Numbered from the stretch's first letter, positions 20,578-31,857 are shown. The stretch: DNA of 64,000 nucleotides from Promethearchaeota archaeon (GCA_019057865.1 JAHLWP010000018.1:1-64000); one strand, 5' to 3'. Notes: generated by a model from the sequence alone, not told the origin. Made by a program: numbers and translations.

Positions 20578-23211
20578 ATGAAGTATAATAAGGAAGAAAT
20601 AAGAGAAAAGTATAAGGATCTATTTGAAAATTCTTTAGATTTAATTTATGTTAATGATCTAAAAGGCAATATTCTTGATGCTAATGAGATTGCTTTAAAA
20701 TCTCTTGGATATAATAGAGAAGAAATACCAGACCTTTCTTTCACAGATTTAGTTGATAAAGAGAATTTGTTTAAAGCAATAAAGGTTACCAAAGAAATAA
20801 TGGAAAAAGGAAAGCAAACAGAACGTAGTGAATATAAACTTAGAAAAAAGGAAGGAAAATTTATTTATATTGAAACATATGCAATTCCTTTAAAAAAGAA
20901 TGATAAAATTTATGCTATTTTAGGAATTGGAACTAATATTACTGAACGGAAAATTGCTGAACAAAAACTTAGAGAATCAGAAGAGAAGTATCGACATCTA
21001 TTTGAAAATTCTCCTTATTTTGTAGGATTAGTTGATTTAAAAGGAAATTTAATAGATTGCAATAATCGAGCTGAACATTTTCTTTCAGTCCATAAGAAAG
21101 AGGATTTAATTGGAAAAAATTTTAGAGAAATTTTCTCAATTAATGAAAATAACAAATATATTATACCCACATTTGAAGAAACTTATAAAAATATACTTAA
21201 AGGTGAAATTCCAGAACCTATTGAATTTAAATTATATAGAACAGTAGGGGAATTCTTATGGCTAAATCTCCGAGGTTCCTTAATAGATATTGAAGGAAAA
21301 AAATCAATCCAATTTATAATTCAAGACATTACAGAGAAAAAAGAAGCGGAGCAAAAACTAAAAGAATCTGAAGAAAAGTACAAGAACTTAGTAGAAAATG
21401 CTCAAGAAGGTGTTTGGGCAGTGGATGAAAATGATGATACAATCTTTGTAAATCCAAAATTATGCGAAATGCTTGGATATACTAAAGAAGAAATGATTGG
21501 TACAAATATAAATTTTTTTTTAGAGGACTCAATGATAGAATTGATCAATAGTTATCGAAAACGTCGGGAAAAAGGTTTGAAAGATAGTTATGAACTGGAA
21601 TTTATAAAAAAAGATGGAACTCTATTAAACACGAGTATAAAAGCAGCTCCAATTCTGACAGAAAGTGGAGAGTTTAAGGGTTCATTTGCATACATTAATG
21701 ATATTACAAATAGAAAAATAGCGGAGCAAAAATTAAAAGAATCTGAAAAGAGATATCGAAATCTTTTTGAGTCTATGCCTTATGTTATAGTTTTGATAAA
21801 TCAAAAAGGTACAATTACTGATTGTAACCCTGCAATAGAGAAGCTAATAGGATACGATAAAAAGGAATTAATCGGCAAAGATTTTAAAAACCTACAAATC
21901 ATTCATCCAAAATATTTACCTGTCATTTTAAAACGGTTTAAGAGAGTAATAAAAGGGGAAGTCTTACATCCAATAGAAATACAGATATATAAAAAGGATG
22001 TTAATTTGATTTGGATAAATTATCAATCCTCATTAGTTGACTTGGGTAATGAGTCATTATTACAAATAATTGTTGATGACATTTCAGAACAAAAGAAGGC
22101 AGAACTAGAATTAGTAGAATCTGAAAAAAAATTCAGAACTATTTTTGAAGCGATACCAGATTTCTTTTTTCTCGTCGATCATGATACAACAATCTTAGAT
22201 TATAAAGGGAAAGAGGAAGATTTATATTTACCTCCAGAACTATTTCTTGGAAAAAAATTAACCAAAGTTATGCCTGTAGAAATAAAGGATTTATCACTAA
22301 ATGCTGTAAAGAACACTATAAAAACACAACAACCACAATTGATGGAATATGCTCTTACTATAAAAAATGAAACTCGACATTTTGAAGCTCGCTTTCTTTT
22401 TTTCTCTGAAGAACGTGTTGCTATATTTATACGGGAAATTACAGATCGGAAAAAAACTGATCTTCTCATCAAAGAAGAAATTAATAAATTGAAAGAATTA
22501 GATCAAATTAGAAAAGATCTTATTTCTAGAGTCTCCCATGAGTTAAAAACACCACTTGTTTCTGTTGTCGGCGGATCCGAGCTTCTTCTTAAGAATTTTA
22601 AAGAAAAAATGAAGGATGAAGAATTAGAGCTATTAGAGATTATTCAAAAAGGAGGGAAAAGATTAAAACACCTTATTGAAAATCTACTTGATATTACTCG
22701 AATAGATTATAATAAACTCACATTGAATAAACAACCACATAATATATGTGATATAATTAGAGAGATATCAAATGATATGATTTATTTAATAAAGGAACGA
22801 AAGCTTATATTAAACATAGAACAGCCTGAGAGCTTGCGTTTAAATATAGATAGAATTAGAATTGAACAAGTTATTGCAAACTTATTATTAAATGCTATAA
22901 AGAATACACCACCTATGGGAAATATAACGTTAAAATTACAAAAAAAGGAAGACTGGGCAGAATTTTCGGTCAGTGATACAGGAGTAGGTTTAACTAAAGA
23001 AGAAATGAATATTATCTTCACTAGATTTGGAAAGATAGAGAGATATGGACAAGGTTTAGAATATATTGATATTCAAGGTTCTGGACTGGGATTATTTATA
23101 TCTAAAGAAATAGTTGATTTACATAGTGGTTATATTAGAGCAGAATCAGAAGGTAGAAATAAAGGAAGCACATTTATAGTACAACTGCCAATTCAAAATA
23201 GAGATAAGTGA
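20578..23211 (+). CDS. multi-PAS sensor histidine kinase (paralog of the upstream gene)
   Basis: Five PAS repeats, SHELKTPL, kinase core closely matching 18207..20525. Confidence 0.92.
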   Translation: MKYNKEEIREKYKDLFENSLDLIYVNDLKGNILDANEIALKSLGYNREEIPDLSFTDLVDKENLFKAIKVTKEIMEKGKQTERSEYKLRKKEGKFIYIETYAIPLKKNDKIYAILGIGTNITERKIAEQKLRESEEKYRHLFENSPYFVGLVDLKGNLIDCNNRAEHFLSVHKKEDLIGKNFREIFSINENNKYIIPTFEETYKNILKGEIPEPIEFKLYRTVGEFLWLNLRGSLIDIEGKKSIQFIIQDITEKKEAEQKLKESEEKYKNLVENAQEGVWAVDENDDTIFVNPKLCEMLGYTKEEMIGTNINFFLEDSMIELINSYRKRREKGLKDSYELEFIKKDGTLLNTSIKAAPILTESGEFKGSFAYINDITNRKIAEQKLKESEKRYRNLFESMPYVIVLINQKGTITDCNPAIEKLIGYDKKELIGKDFKNLQIIHPKYLPVILKRFKRVIKGEVLHPIEIQIYKKDVNLIWINYQSSLVDLGNESLLQIIVDDISEQKKAELELVESEKKFRTIFEAIPDFFFLVDHDTTILDYKGKEEDLYLPPELFLGKKLTKVMPVEIKDLSLNAVKNTIKTQQPQLMEYALTIKNETRHFEARFLFFSEERVAIFIREITDRKKTDLLIKEEINKLKELDQIRKDLISRVSHELKTPLVSVVGGSELLLKNFKEKMKDEELELLEIIQKGGKRLKHLIENLLDITRIDYNKLTLNKQPHNICDIIREISNDMIYLIKERKLILNIEQPESLRLNIDRIRIEQVIANLLLNAIKNTPPMGNITLKLQKKEDWAEFSVSDTGVGLTKEEMNIIFTRFGKIERYGQGLEYIDIQGSGLGLFISKEIVDLHSGYIRAESEGRNKGSTFIVQLPIQNRDK

Positions 23212-23223
23212 ATTTTTTATTCG

Positions 23224-23808
23224 TTATAAAATCTTAGCAAGATTAAATCCTTGTTCAATCAGTTCAATATTTTGATGTGCTAAATTCTCCCCCATTTTTT
23301 TTGAAATTACTCTTTTAAGGTTTTCTAAACTTAATTCTGGAAGAGCTTTTGATAGTAAACCTAAGATTGGAGTATTTATTACAGGAACTCCATCAATGGT
23401 AAGATTTTTTTCTAGAGCTAATTTACTTATATCAGCTACAACTAATTTAACATTTTTAAAGGTAAATTTACTAACGAAATAATCGGGATCCTTTTCGGAG
23501 TTTATTATAAAAATTCCTCCTTTTTTAAGAGATGAAGCAATTTCTTGATTTAGAACTGTCTCATCAAAAATAATTAAAACATTTGGGTTTTCGATCTGCG
23601 CACGATCCCATATTGTTTCGGTTCTAGAGAGTTTAGCGTATGCCTGAACAGGCGCTCCTCTTCTTTCTGCCCCAAAGGAAGGATAGGCATGAACATCAAC
23701 AAAATTACCACTCATATATGCTGCTTCTGCAATTATTTCCGCACATGTAACTACTCCCATTCCCCCTCTACCATGTATAGTGATATCTACATTCTCTTTT
23801 TCAATCAT
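23224..23808 (-). CDS. porG: 2-oxoacid:ferredoxin oxidoreductase gamma subunit
   Basis: HGRGGMG, FGAERRGAPV; ATG at 23808 is more plausible than 23874. Confidence 0.9.
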   Translation of the reverse strand: MIEKENVDITIHGRGGMGVVTCAEIIAEAAYMSGNFVDVHAYPSFGAERRGAPVQAYAKLSRTETIWDRAQIENPNVLIIFDETVLNQEIASSLKKGGIFIINSEKDPDYFVSKFTFKNVKLVVADISKLALEKNLTIDGVPVINTPILGLLSKALPELSLENLKRVISKKMGENLAHQNIELIEQGFNLAKIL

Positions 23809-24029
23809 AGAAAAACCTAAAAATTGATTACTAGAATAACAGAATTGATATTTTTTAATATGAATTATATGCAAAAATTAAAAACTTTACCTTGTTTTGA
23901 ATAATCTGTACTAAATTTTTTTTCCCTATTTATTCTTCGAAATTTTTGACTAAATATTAATAATGATAAAAAATCAAATGATATTATAATTAATTTATAT
24001 AAAAAACAAAACATCACATTGTGATAAAC

Positions 24030-24878
24030 ATGAAAAATGATACTGGTTATTTTGAAGGAAGGGAAACTAAAAAATTATTCTACCAATATTGGTTACCAGA
24101 TTCGGGAGGAATTAAAGCATATATCGTAGCTATCCACGGATGGGGGACACATTCAGATAGAATGATGATTCCTGCGGAATATTTCACAGATAAAGGATAT
24201 GCCATTTATTCCTTTGATTTAAGAGGACATTGGAGGAATGCTGGTGATATTCCTGGGCATATTGATAGTATGGATCATATACAAAAAGATATAATGCTTT
24301 TTATGGATCTTATCCGAGAAGTAGCAGATGATAAAAAAATCTTTCTTATGGGACACTCATTTGGAGGATTAATAAGTTTAATTTATGCTATAAATCATCC
24401 TGGTTTACCAAGTGTGCTTGTTTCCTCACCATTATTAGGTGTATTTTTGAAACTATCAATTGGTAAAAAAGTTATTAAAACAGTATCAAAAACAATAGCA
24501 AAATTATCACCTAATAAAATTTTAAATAGCAATATTGACCAAAACCAATTAACTAGCGATTTGAAAATATTAAAACAGTATATTGCAGATAAGAAGAAAA
24601 TAGATGTAATTTCAGTTAAATCAACGTCAGAAATTGATAAGTACTCTAAATGGGCTATGGAGAATGCTTCCAGCTTAATATGCCCTACATTCATCATGCA
24701 AGCGGGTAATGATAAAATAATTGATAAAAATAAAACTAAAGATTTCTTTAATAAAGTAAAAAGTGAAGATAAAATGTATAAAGAGTACCCTGGCTTTTTG
24801 CATGAGTTATGGAATGAAAAAGGAAGAGCTCAAGTATATCAAGATATGTTTGTATGGATTGAAAAGCATTTAAAATAA
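24030..24878 (+). CDS. lysophospholipase / monoglyceride lipase-like hydrolase
   Basis: HGWGTH, FDLRGH, GHSFGG, HELWNE. Confidence 0.85.
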   Translation: MKNDTGYFEGRETKKLFYQYWLPDSGGIKAYIVAIHGWGTHSDRMMIPAEYFTDKGYAIYSFDLRGHWRNAGDIPGHIDSMDHIQKDIMLFMDLIREVADDKKIFLMGHSFGGLISLIYAINHPGLPSVLVSSPLLGVFLKLSIGKKVIKTVSKTIAKLSPNKILNSNIDQNQLTSDLKILKQYIADKKKIDVISVKSTSEIDKYSKWAMENASSLICPTFIMQAGNDKIIDKNKTKDFFNKVKSEDKMYKEYPGFLHELWNEKGRAQVYQDMFVWIEKHLK

Positions 24879-25090
24879 ACATTTATGAAAAAATACAATC
24901 TTGATGAGTTCCTCAAAAATTTTATCCAGAGTTATTTGATTTACCTGAACCGTGGATAGAAACTTTAGATATAACCCCTTGGATTTGAAAACTAATAATT
25001 AATTATTAAAAATGTAATAAATATAATTAATTTCTATTAAAAACTAATAGACTTGTAGCATTTAATTCTAAATTATAACTTAATTTCTTA

Positions 25091-27970
25091 ATGCTTGATA
25101 AAATGTCTTTTAAAGATATTAAATTTAAAGATCTAACCCCAATGTTAAAACATTGGTATTCAGTGAAAAAGAAGTACCCCGAAATTATCGTTGCCTATCG
25201 AATGGGCGATTTTTACGAATTCTTCTACGATGACGCAGAAAAAATTTCAAAACTTTTAGGGATAACATTAACAAAAAGAGGAAATGTTCCTCTAGCAGGA
25301 ATTCCTCATCATTCTGGTCATAATTACTTTAACAATCTCATGAAGCTTGGTGAGACTTTAGTAATAGTTGATCAATTAGAAGATCCCGCGACCGTGAAGG
25401 GTAGAATTGTGAAACGAGGAGTTACTCGGATACTTTCACCAGGAACAATTATAGAGCCAAATTTATTAAAATCCAATGAGAATAATTATATTGCATCGAT
25501 TGTTAAAGAAAGAAATGGATTTGGTGTTGCTTTCGCTGATATATCTACAGGAGAATTTGTCGCAACAGAATTCTCAAATAAAAGGCAAGATCCACAGGAA
25601 AAATTGCTAAGCTTATTTTCTCAATTTGATCCTGTTGAATTGATTATCCCTCCTGAATTAAAAAAAGATGAAAGACTTTTTATACTTTTAACAGATCTAA
25701 CAAAAGCAATCATAAAATCCTATGAAGAACATGTCTTTTTATTTGATGAGGCTTATATGTTAATTACTCGTCATTTTAAAATTTCAAATTTAAAGAGCTT
25801 TGGTCTAGAAGAGAAAGAGATGGCAGTTCAAGCTACAGGGGGACTATTAGCTTTTTTAAAAGACACCCAGAGAGATCTAATTCCGAATATTTTTAAAATC
25901 AATATTATCCAAGAAAATAATATACTCCACTTGGATTATATTACACAAAGGAATTTAGAATTAATTAATCCTTTATGGGAAAGAGGAAAGGATGCTACAT
26001 TGTACTCTATTTTTAACCACACTCAAACACCTATGGGAGCTCGTTTATTAAGAAAATTTATTCTCCAACCACTAACAAATATTGGGGAAATAAATCAAAG
26101 ATTAAATCTAGTCCAAAAATTTAAGAATGATATTTTTCTAAGATCTGATTTAAGGGAAGAATTAGGAGTTATAGGCGATCTAGAAAGATTTATTAATAGA
26201 ATTAATTATACCGGTCGCACTAATGCTCGCGATTTAATAAATATCAAAAATTCTTTAGAAAAAATTCCAATAATTAAAAAATTATTAGAAAAGGCAAATA
26301 TTCCAGAAATTTCAAATTTTATTAAAAAAATTAAAACTTTCAATGAAATAAAAGACCTTATAGATATATCAATTAAAGATACTCCCCCAACTACTGTTAG
26401 GGAAGGCAATATTATTAAAGATGATTTTAACGATGATGTAGATGAACTTAGAGATATTATTCATAATGGAAAGAAGTATGTATTAGAATATGAACAAGAA
26501 CAAAAGAAAAAGTGGAACTTAACAACAGGATTGAAAGTTGGATATAACAATATTCTCGGTTATTATATCGAAATAACATTAAGAACCCTCAAAAACATAA
26601 GGACTATTCCTGAAGAATATGTTGAGAGAGCAACTCTTAAAAATGCTAAAAGATATACAACAAAACGATTAAAACAACTTGAAGAGAAAATCCTTAATGC
26701 TGAAGAAAAAATCAATGATTTAGAATATGAAATTTTTAATACTATTCGTGAAAGTGTCGAAAAAGAGACTAAAAATATCCTTGAAACCGCAAAAAATATT
26801 GCTATAGTTGATGTTCTCGCATGTTTTGCTGAAATCGCAGAACAATACAATTATTGTAGACCAATTATTAATAATGACAACAAAATCATAATTAAAGAAG
26901 GTAGGCATCCTGTAGTTGAACAGATAAACATAGATGAGCAATTTATTCCAAATGATTGTTATTTAGATAATGAAAATGACCAATTATTAATTATAACTGG
27001 TCCTAATATGGCTGGAAAAAGTACATATCTAAGACAAGTGGCTTTAATATGCATTATTGCTCAAATGGGATGTTTTGTTCCAGCAAAATCTGCCACTCTT
27101 GGAATAATTGATCAAATTTTCACTCGAATCGGTGCCTCAGATGACCTTGCTAGAAAATTAAGTACCTTTATGATAGAAATGACAGAAACTGCAAAAATTC
27201 TTAATTATGCTACACCATATAGTCTTGTTATAATAGATGAGTTAGGTAGAGGTACCAGTACCAGTGATGGTCAAAGTATAGCAATGGCAACTTTAGAAAA
27301 ACTTCATGAATTACAAGTTAAAACTCTTTTTAGTACTCATTATCATCAATTAACAGAAATTAGTTTACCGCGAGTAAAAAATTATCATTTAGATATTATC
27401 GAAAATGATGATGGAAGTATTAATTTTGTTAGAAAATTAAGACCCGGAAGCACAGATAAATCTTATGGAATTCATGTTGCTAAGTTAGCAGGAATTCCGG
27501 ATGATGTAATTATAAGAGCATTTGAGATTTTAGAACAAATAGAAGAAAAGGATCCTTTTAAAAAAACAGTTAAAGAAAATGGGAATAATTTTGTATCTAT
27601 AAAACACCATGATAAGATAATCAGCGAAAAAAGAAAAACATTAGAAAAATTAAACGTGCAATTAGAGAATAAGAAGGACAAATTAACTAAATGTGAAGCC
27701 GTGATAAGTGAAAAAGAAAAAGTAATCAAAAATAAGAGTTTTGAAATAAAGAAGCTGAAAACAAACCTAGAGAAATATACAGATAAAAAACAAGGTACTA
27801 AGAAAAAACTTGTTCAGACTACTTTCTTTAAACCAACAGTTTTAAAAGAAGAAGTAATAGATGACAATTTAAAAGAGTTAATGGATTTATTAAGAGAACT
27901 TGATATAAATTCTCTTACTCCTGTTGAAGCACTTAAAAAATTAAGTGATCTTAAAGATAAGTTAATGTAA
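25091..27970 (+). CDS. mutS: DNA mismatch repair protein MutS
   Basis: GDFYEFF, GPNMAGKST, STFMIEM, IIDELGRGT, SYGIHVA. Confidence 0.95.
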   Translation: MLDKMSFKDIKFKDLTPMLKHWYSVKKKYPEIIVAYRMGDFYEFFYDDAEKISKLLGITLTKRGNVPLAGIPHHSGHNYFNNLMKLGETLVIVDQLEDPATVKGRIVKRGVTRILSPGTIIEPNLLKSNENNYIASIVKERNGFGVAFADISTGEFVATEFSNKRQDPQEKLLSLFSQFDPVELIIPPELKKDERLFILLTDLTKAIIKSYEEHVFLFDEAYMLITRHFKISNLKSFGLEEKEMAVQATGGLLAFLKDTQRDLIPNIFKINIIQENNILHLDYITQRNLELINPLWERGKDATLYSIFNHTQTPMGARLLRKFILQPLTNIGEINQRLNLVQKFKNDIFLRSDLREELGVIGDLERFINRINYTGRTNARDLINIKNSLEKIPIIKKLLEKANIPEISNFIKKIKTFNEIKDLIDISIKDTPPTTVREGNIIKDDFNDDVDELRDIIHNGKKYVLEYEQEQKKKWNLTTGLKVGYNNILGYYIEITLRTLKNIRTIPEEYVERATLKNAKRYTTKRLKQLEEKILNAEEKINDLEYEIFNTIRESVEKETKNILETAKNIAIVDVLACFAEIAEQYNYCRPIINNDNKIIIKEGRHPVVEQINIDEQFIPNDCYLDNENDQLLIITGPNMAGKSTYLRQVALICIIAQMGCFVPAKSATLGIIDQIFTRIGASDDLARKLSTFMIEMTETAKILNYATPYSLVIIDELGRGTSTSDGQSIAMATLEKLHELQVKTLFSTHYHQLTEISLPRVKNYHLDIIENDDGSINFVRKLRPGSTDKSYGIHVAKLAGIPDDVIIRAFEILEQIEEKDPFKKTVKENGNNFVSIKHHDKIISEKRKTLEKLNVQLENKKDKLTKCEAVISEKEKVIKNKSFEIKKLKTNLEKYTDKKQGTKKKLVQTTFFKPTVLKEEVIDDNLKELMDLLRELDINSLTPVEALKKLSDLKDKLM

Positions 27971-27976
27971 TTTAAA

Positions 27977-28882
27977 TCAAGCGAAGACAACAGGTATAAT
28001 AAAAACTATTATAGTGAGATAAACATAATAAATAGTTGTTATTGATACAAGAATGATTCTATAAACGTTTTTCCTCTTTCCATCTTTAATATTATCAATA
28101 AATATTATTAATAACAATCCTATGAACATTAAATGAGATGGTTGTAAAGCCTTCCATAAAATTGAATCGATTATTAATAAACCTTGTATTTCAACATCAC
28201 TGTGACCCCAATTCTTTACCATTTGAAAAAGGTAATCCGGGAAGATCATATAAGGAATACAAATAATAGCGAAAGGAATTAAAAAATATATAAGATCCTT
28301 AAATCTTAGCTTTTTAACTATAAGTAATAAAGGAAGAAATAATATAGCAGTTATTTTAAATGTCGCAAGTATGAATAAAATTCCTGCATTCCATTTTTTA
28401 TCTTTTTCTAGGGAATAGTATGACATAAACAAGAAAAAAGCTATTAAAAAATTTACATTATGGTAGTAAGCATCTATACTATACCCAATTGTGCCTAGTA
28501 TGTAAAAAATTAGTAAATCCTTTTTTTCCTTGAATAATTTCGGGGATTCTTTTATTATTACTATTGATAATATAAGCCTTAATATATCCCATACATACAC
28601 CCCAACAATTAAAGGAAACAAATAAATGGGGAAAAATAGAAAATACCAAAAATAAAGATAATAAGGAGGCCAATCAGAAATTTCAACTGGATCATAAAAA
28701 TTAATCAATCCATTATCCATTCCTTCTAAAAGAATTTTGAAATCGATATCCTTTGTCTCTTTAATCCAAGCAGAAATATCAACAAAGTATAACAGAATTC
28801 TTAAAATGATTAGCGAACATGTAATAATTATTAGGATATAAATGAAATATGTATGTAATGAATAGCTTTTCTGGTTATTCAT
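27977..28882 (-). CDS. polytopic membrane protein, GT-C/GT87 (DUF2029)-like
   Basis: Multiple TM segments, DF motif after TM1, PPYYLY, FK motif. Confidence 0.55.
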   Translation of the reverse strand: MNNQKSYSLHTYFIYILIIITCSLIILRILLYFVDISAWIKETKDIDFKILLEGMDNGLINFYDPVEISDWPPYYLYFWYFLFFPIYLFPLIVGVYVWDILRLILSIVIIKESPKLFKEKKDLLIFYILGTIGYSIDAYYHNVNFLIAFFLFMSYYSLEKDKKWNAGILFILATFKITAILFLPLLLIVKKLRFKDLIYFLIPFAIICIPYMIFPDYLFQMVKNWGHSDVEIQGLLIIDSILWKALQPSHLMFIGLLLIIFIDNIKDGKRKNVYRIILVSITTIYYVYLTIIVFIIPVVFA

Positions 28883-29196
28883 TGTAATGGTTCATAATTC
28901 ACATTATAAAATAGATTAATATTAAGTATTAAAGGAACTTTAAAAGAGTTACTTAGGTAAAATTAAATAAAAGTTAAATGAATAAGCTTTTTTTAAAAAT
29001 CTACTAAAATAAAATTTAATATAAGATTAATAATAATTTTCAAAATTTTAGCAATTATTTTTAATTTTTAATTGAAAATTTAATTATTAGAACTATACTT
29101 TTAAAATTATATTTTTATATGACGGAGTTATAATTTTTAAATTCAAGTTGATGAAAAATATATATATTTTATAAAACTATGAAGTTTTGAAAAGAA

Positions 29197-31086
29197 TTGA
29201 AAAGAGACAACGAAAAAATCAATAAAATTAAGGATTATGAAAAAATAGCTGCTGGAGAGGTTATTGAAAGACCTGCGAATGTTGTGAAAGAGTTAATAGA
29301 AAATAGTATAGATGCTGGAGCTAAAGAAATAAGAATTATCATTAAAAAAGCAGGAAAAACATTAATTCAAGTTATAGATGATGGTAAAGGTATTTCTCCT
29401 GATGATATGGAACTTGCCTTTGAAAGATATACTAGTAGTAAAATTCATAGTTTTGATGACTTGGAGAAGCTTTCAACTTTAGGATTTAGAGGAGAAGCAT
29501 TAGCTAGTATATCAGCAGTAAGTCAAGTTGAAATTATTTCAAGAATTAAAGAGAATGAGAGAGGATTACAATTATTTATAGAAGGTGGGAAAGTTTTAAG
29601 AAAGAAAGAAATATCATGTCCCATTGGAACAAATATTAAAGTTAAGAATTTATTCTATAATATTCCAGCTAGGAAAAAATTCCTTAAAAAAGATTACACA
29701 GAGTTAGGACATATCACAGATATTATACAAAGATATTCATTAGCTTATCCTGATTTTCAATTTATTTATCAACATAATGAGTTAACCATTTTAAATTGCC
29801 CTGCATCTAATGATTTAAAAACGACTGTTTTCCATATTTATGGGAAAAATATTGCTAAATTTATGGAATATATTGATTATTCTGAAAAAGGAGAACTATT
29901 TAAAATATATGGATTAGTAGGTCAACCTCAAATTTCTAAAAAAGATAGAACAGCATCTAGTTTTTTTCTTAATCGTAGATATGTTATTAGTGATATTATA
30001 TTTCGAGCAATTAAAGAAGCATATAAAGGAACTTTGATGATAAATAAGCATCCATTTTTCATATTATTCTTAGAGTTAAATCCATCATCCATAGATTTTA
30101 ATATTCATCCGAAAAAGCTTTATATTAAGTTTGAAAGAGAAGATTATGTGAATAATAAGGTTTATACCATTATCCGAGATTTTGTTGAAGAAAAGTTTAT
30201 GAAACAGGAGCCGAAGTATTTAGATATTGAACTTGAAGATTTCATTCCTAAAGAAGAATTAATTGAGGAACTAAGTTCCAAAACTCAACAATCAGAAACA
30301 GGAAATCTTGAAACTGAAAAAGCTATATTAAAAACTGATGGAATAGTAGAGACTGAAGAAAGTATTATTGATGAGTCTGTACAATTACATCTTTCTGAAG
30401 ATATCATTAATCATAAAACCTTTAAAAAACAAATACCAGAAACATTTTTACGAGAAAAATTTATAAAAAAGGAAAATTTTCCTAAAGTTCGCCTAATCTC
30501 TTCAACTGGCCAATTAAGTAATAAGATATATATTATATTAGAAGGTTTTAATGAAACTAATGAACCTGGTTTATATATTCTAGATCAGCATGCTGCTTCT
30601 GAAAGAATAAATAAAGAAAAGCTACTAGAATCATATGAATCTTTAAAAACTAGCAAACAAAAACTTATCTCTCCATTGAAAATTGATGTTTCTCATAGTG
30701 AAAAATTCTTTTTGAGTGCCCATTTAGGTGAAATTAAAAAACTTGGATTTGATTTTGAGCATTTTGGTGGAAATGCTTTCATTTTGCGAGAAATACCTAC
30801 AATTATGGGAAAAGTTCCAGATATAAATGTAATAAAAGAGATAATTGCAGATATAACAAAAATAGGTAAAGATAAAAGTTTTTCAGAGGTAAAAGAAGAG
30901 ATCATTAATTATTTGGCTTGTCATAAAAGTATTCGAGGAGGAGATGATCTTTCTTTAGAAAATATTAGGGATCTCATAATTGAATTAGCTGATTGTAAGG
31001 ATTCCTACCATTGTGCACATGGAAGACCTACATTGAGATTTCTCTCATTCAAAGAATTAGATAAGCTGTTTAAAAGAATAGTTTAA
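29197..31086 (+). CDS. mutL: DNA mismatch repair endonuclease MutL
   Basis: IAAGEVIERP, ENSIDAG, GFRGEALASI, DQHAASERINKE, ACH, CAHGRP. Confidence 0.95.
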   Translation: MKRDNEKINKIKDYEKIAAGEVIERPANVVKELIENSIDAGAKEIRIIIKKAGKTLIQVIDDGKGISPDDMELAFERYTSSKIHSFDDLEKLSTLGFRGEALASISAVSQVEIISRIKENERGLQLFIEGGKVLRKKEISCPIGTNIKVKNLFYNIPARKKFLKKDYTELGHITDIIQRYSLAYPDFQFIYQHNELTILNCPASNDLKTTVFHIYGKNIAKFMEYIDYSEKGELFKIYGLVGQPQISKKDRTASSFFLNRRYVISDIIFRAIKEAYKGTLMINKHPFFILFLELNPSSIDFNIHPKKLYIKFEREDYVNNKVYTIIRDFVEEKFMKQEPKYLDIELEDFIPKEELIEELSSKTQQSETGNLETEKAILKTDGIVETEESIIDESVQLHLSEDIINHKTFKKQIPETFLREKFIKKENFPKVRLISSTGQLSNKIYIILEGFNETNEPGLYILDQHAASERINKEKLLESYESLKTSKQKLISPLKIDVSHSEKFFLSAHLGEIKKLGFDFEHFGGNAFILREIPTIMGKVPDINVIKEIIADITKIGKDKSFSEVKEEIINYLACHKSIRGGDDLSLENIRDLIIELADCKDSYHCAHGRPTLRFLSFKELDKLFKRIV

Positions 31087-31116
31087 TGCATAAAAACAAG
31101 AAATTTTATTATTCAT

Positions 31117-31392
31117 TTATGCTTTTGAAAAAGCAATACCCTCAATTCCTTGTAAACCATCAACTTGTCCAAACAGTTCTTCAATTCTATCTGTACCACC
31201 CCATTCTTCTGGATATCGGACTCGAACTCTTGCTTTTTCTAGACCAAAAGCAACGGGTAAAACTTCATACATCTCAATTGAACATGTGTTTGGTAAAACA
31301 TTTCTTAAATCTTTGATTAATTTTTCAAAATCTGCATCTGTATCTTCTGGAATAACATCTACTAAAGCAATAAACTCTCCCACATTAATCAC
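31117..31392 (-). CDS. ef1b: translation elongation factor 1-beta
   Basis: PVAFGL, GGTDRIEE; likely start GTG at 31383. Confidence 0.88.
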   Translation of the reverse strand: MINVGEFIALVDVIPEDTDADFEKLIKDLRNVLPNTCSIEMYEVLPVAFGLEKARVRVRYPEEWGGTDRIEELFGQVDGLQGIEGIAFSKA

Positions 31393-31413
31393 TTAATTTT
31401 TTTCTAAGAACTT

Positions 31414-31590
31414 TTAAGGTCCCTCAAATTCACATTTTAAACATCTATAGGTTTTTCCCATCACTCTACAGCGTTCACATCTCCAAATTGTTACATCTCC
31501 ACACTCTGGACATGGAAAATGTACTGCTGCTTCGAATGGGACAATTGGTCGCCCACATCCAGAACAAGTATTTTTCCTTAAACTTGACAT
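31414..31590 (-). CDS. Zn-ribbon protein (DUF1610-like), 58 aa, absent from the ORF track
   Basis: MSSLRKNTCSGCGRPIVPFEAAVHFPCPECGDVTIWRCERCRVMGKTYRCLKCEFEGP*; four CxxC motifs; usual position upstream of EF-1beta. Confidence 0.9.
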   Translation of the reverse strand: MSSLRKNTCSGCGRPIVPFEAAVHFPCPECGDVTIWRCERCRVMGKTYRCLKCEFEGP

Positions 31591-31857
31591 CGTAATTTAT
31601 TATAAGCCTTGTAAAATATAATGGCTAAGAAAATAACTTATAACTTTAATTGTTTTCGGTTTTAAAACCTAGCTTTAAACTAATTAAATTATGATTTTTT
31701 CAATAAATCTCTCAATTATTTTAAGTAAAACATTTTAATCTTGCATAGTTAATTAAAATTTAAATTGAAAAACAACATAATTTACATATAAATTATCTAA
31801 TTAATTTTAAAATAATCATTAAAAAATTGGCTTAAATATTGTAAAAGGTGAAAAGCG

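Noticed and set aside
28921-28960. Possible displaced mutS tail (…LKELLR*) upstream of mutL
   Set aside because: Similarity is too short and low-complexity to support.
31086-31316. 76-aa ORF after mutL
   Set aside because: Antisense to EF-1beta.
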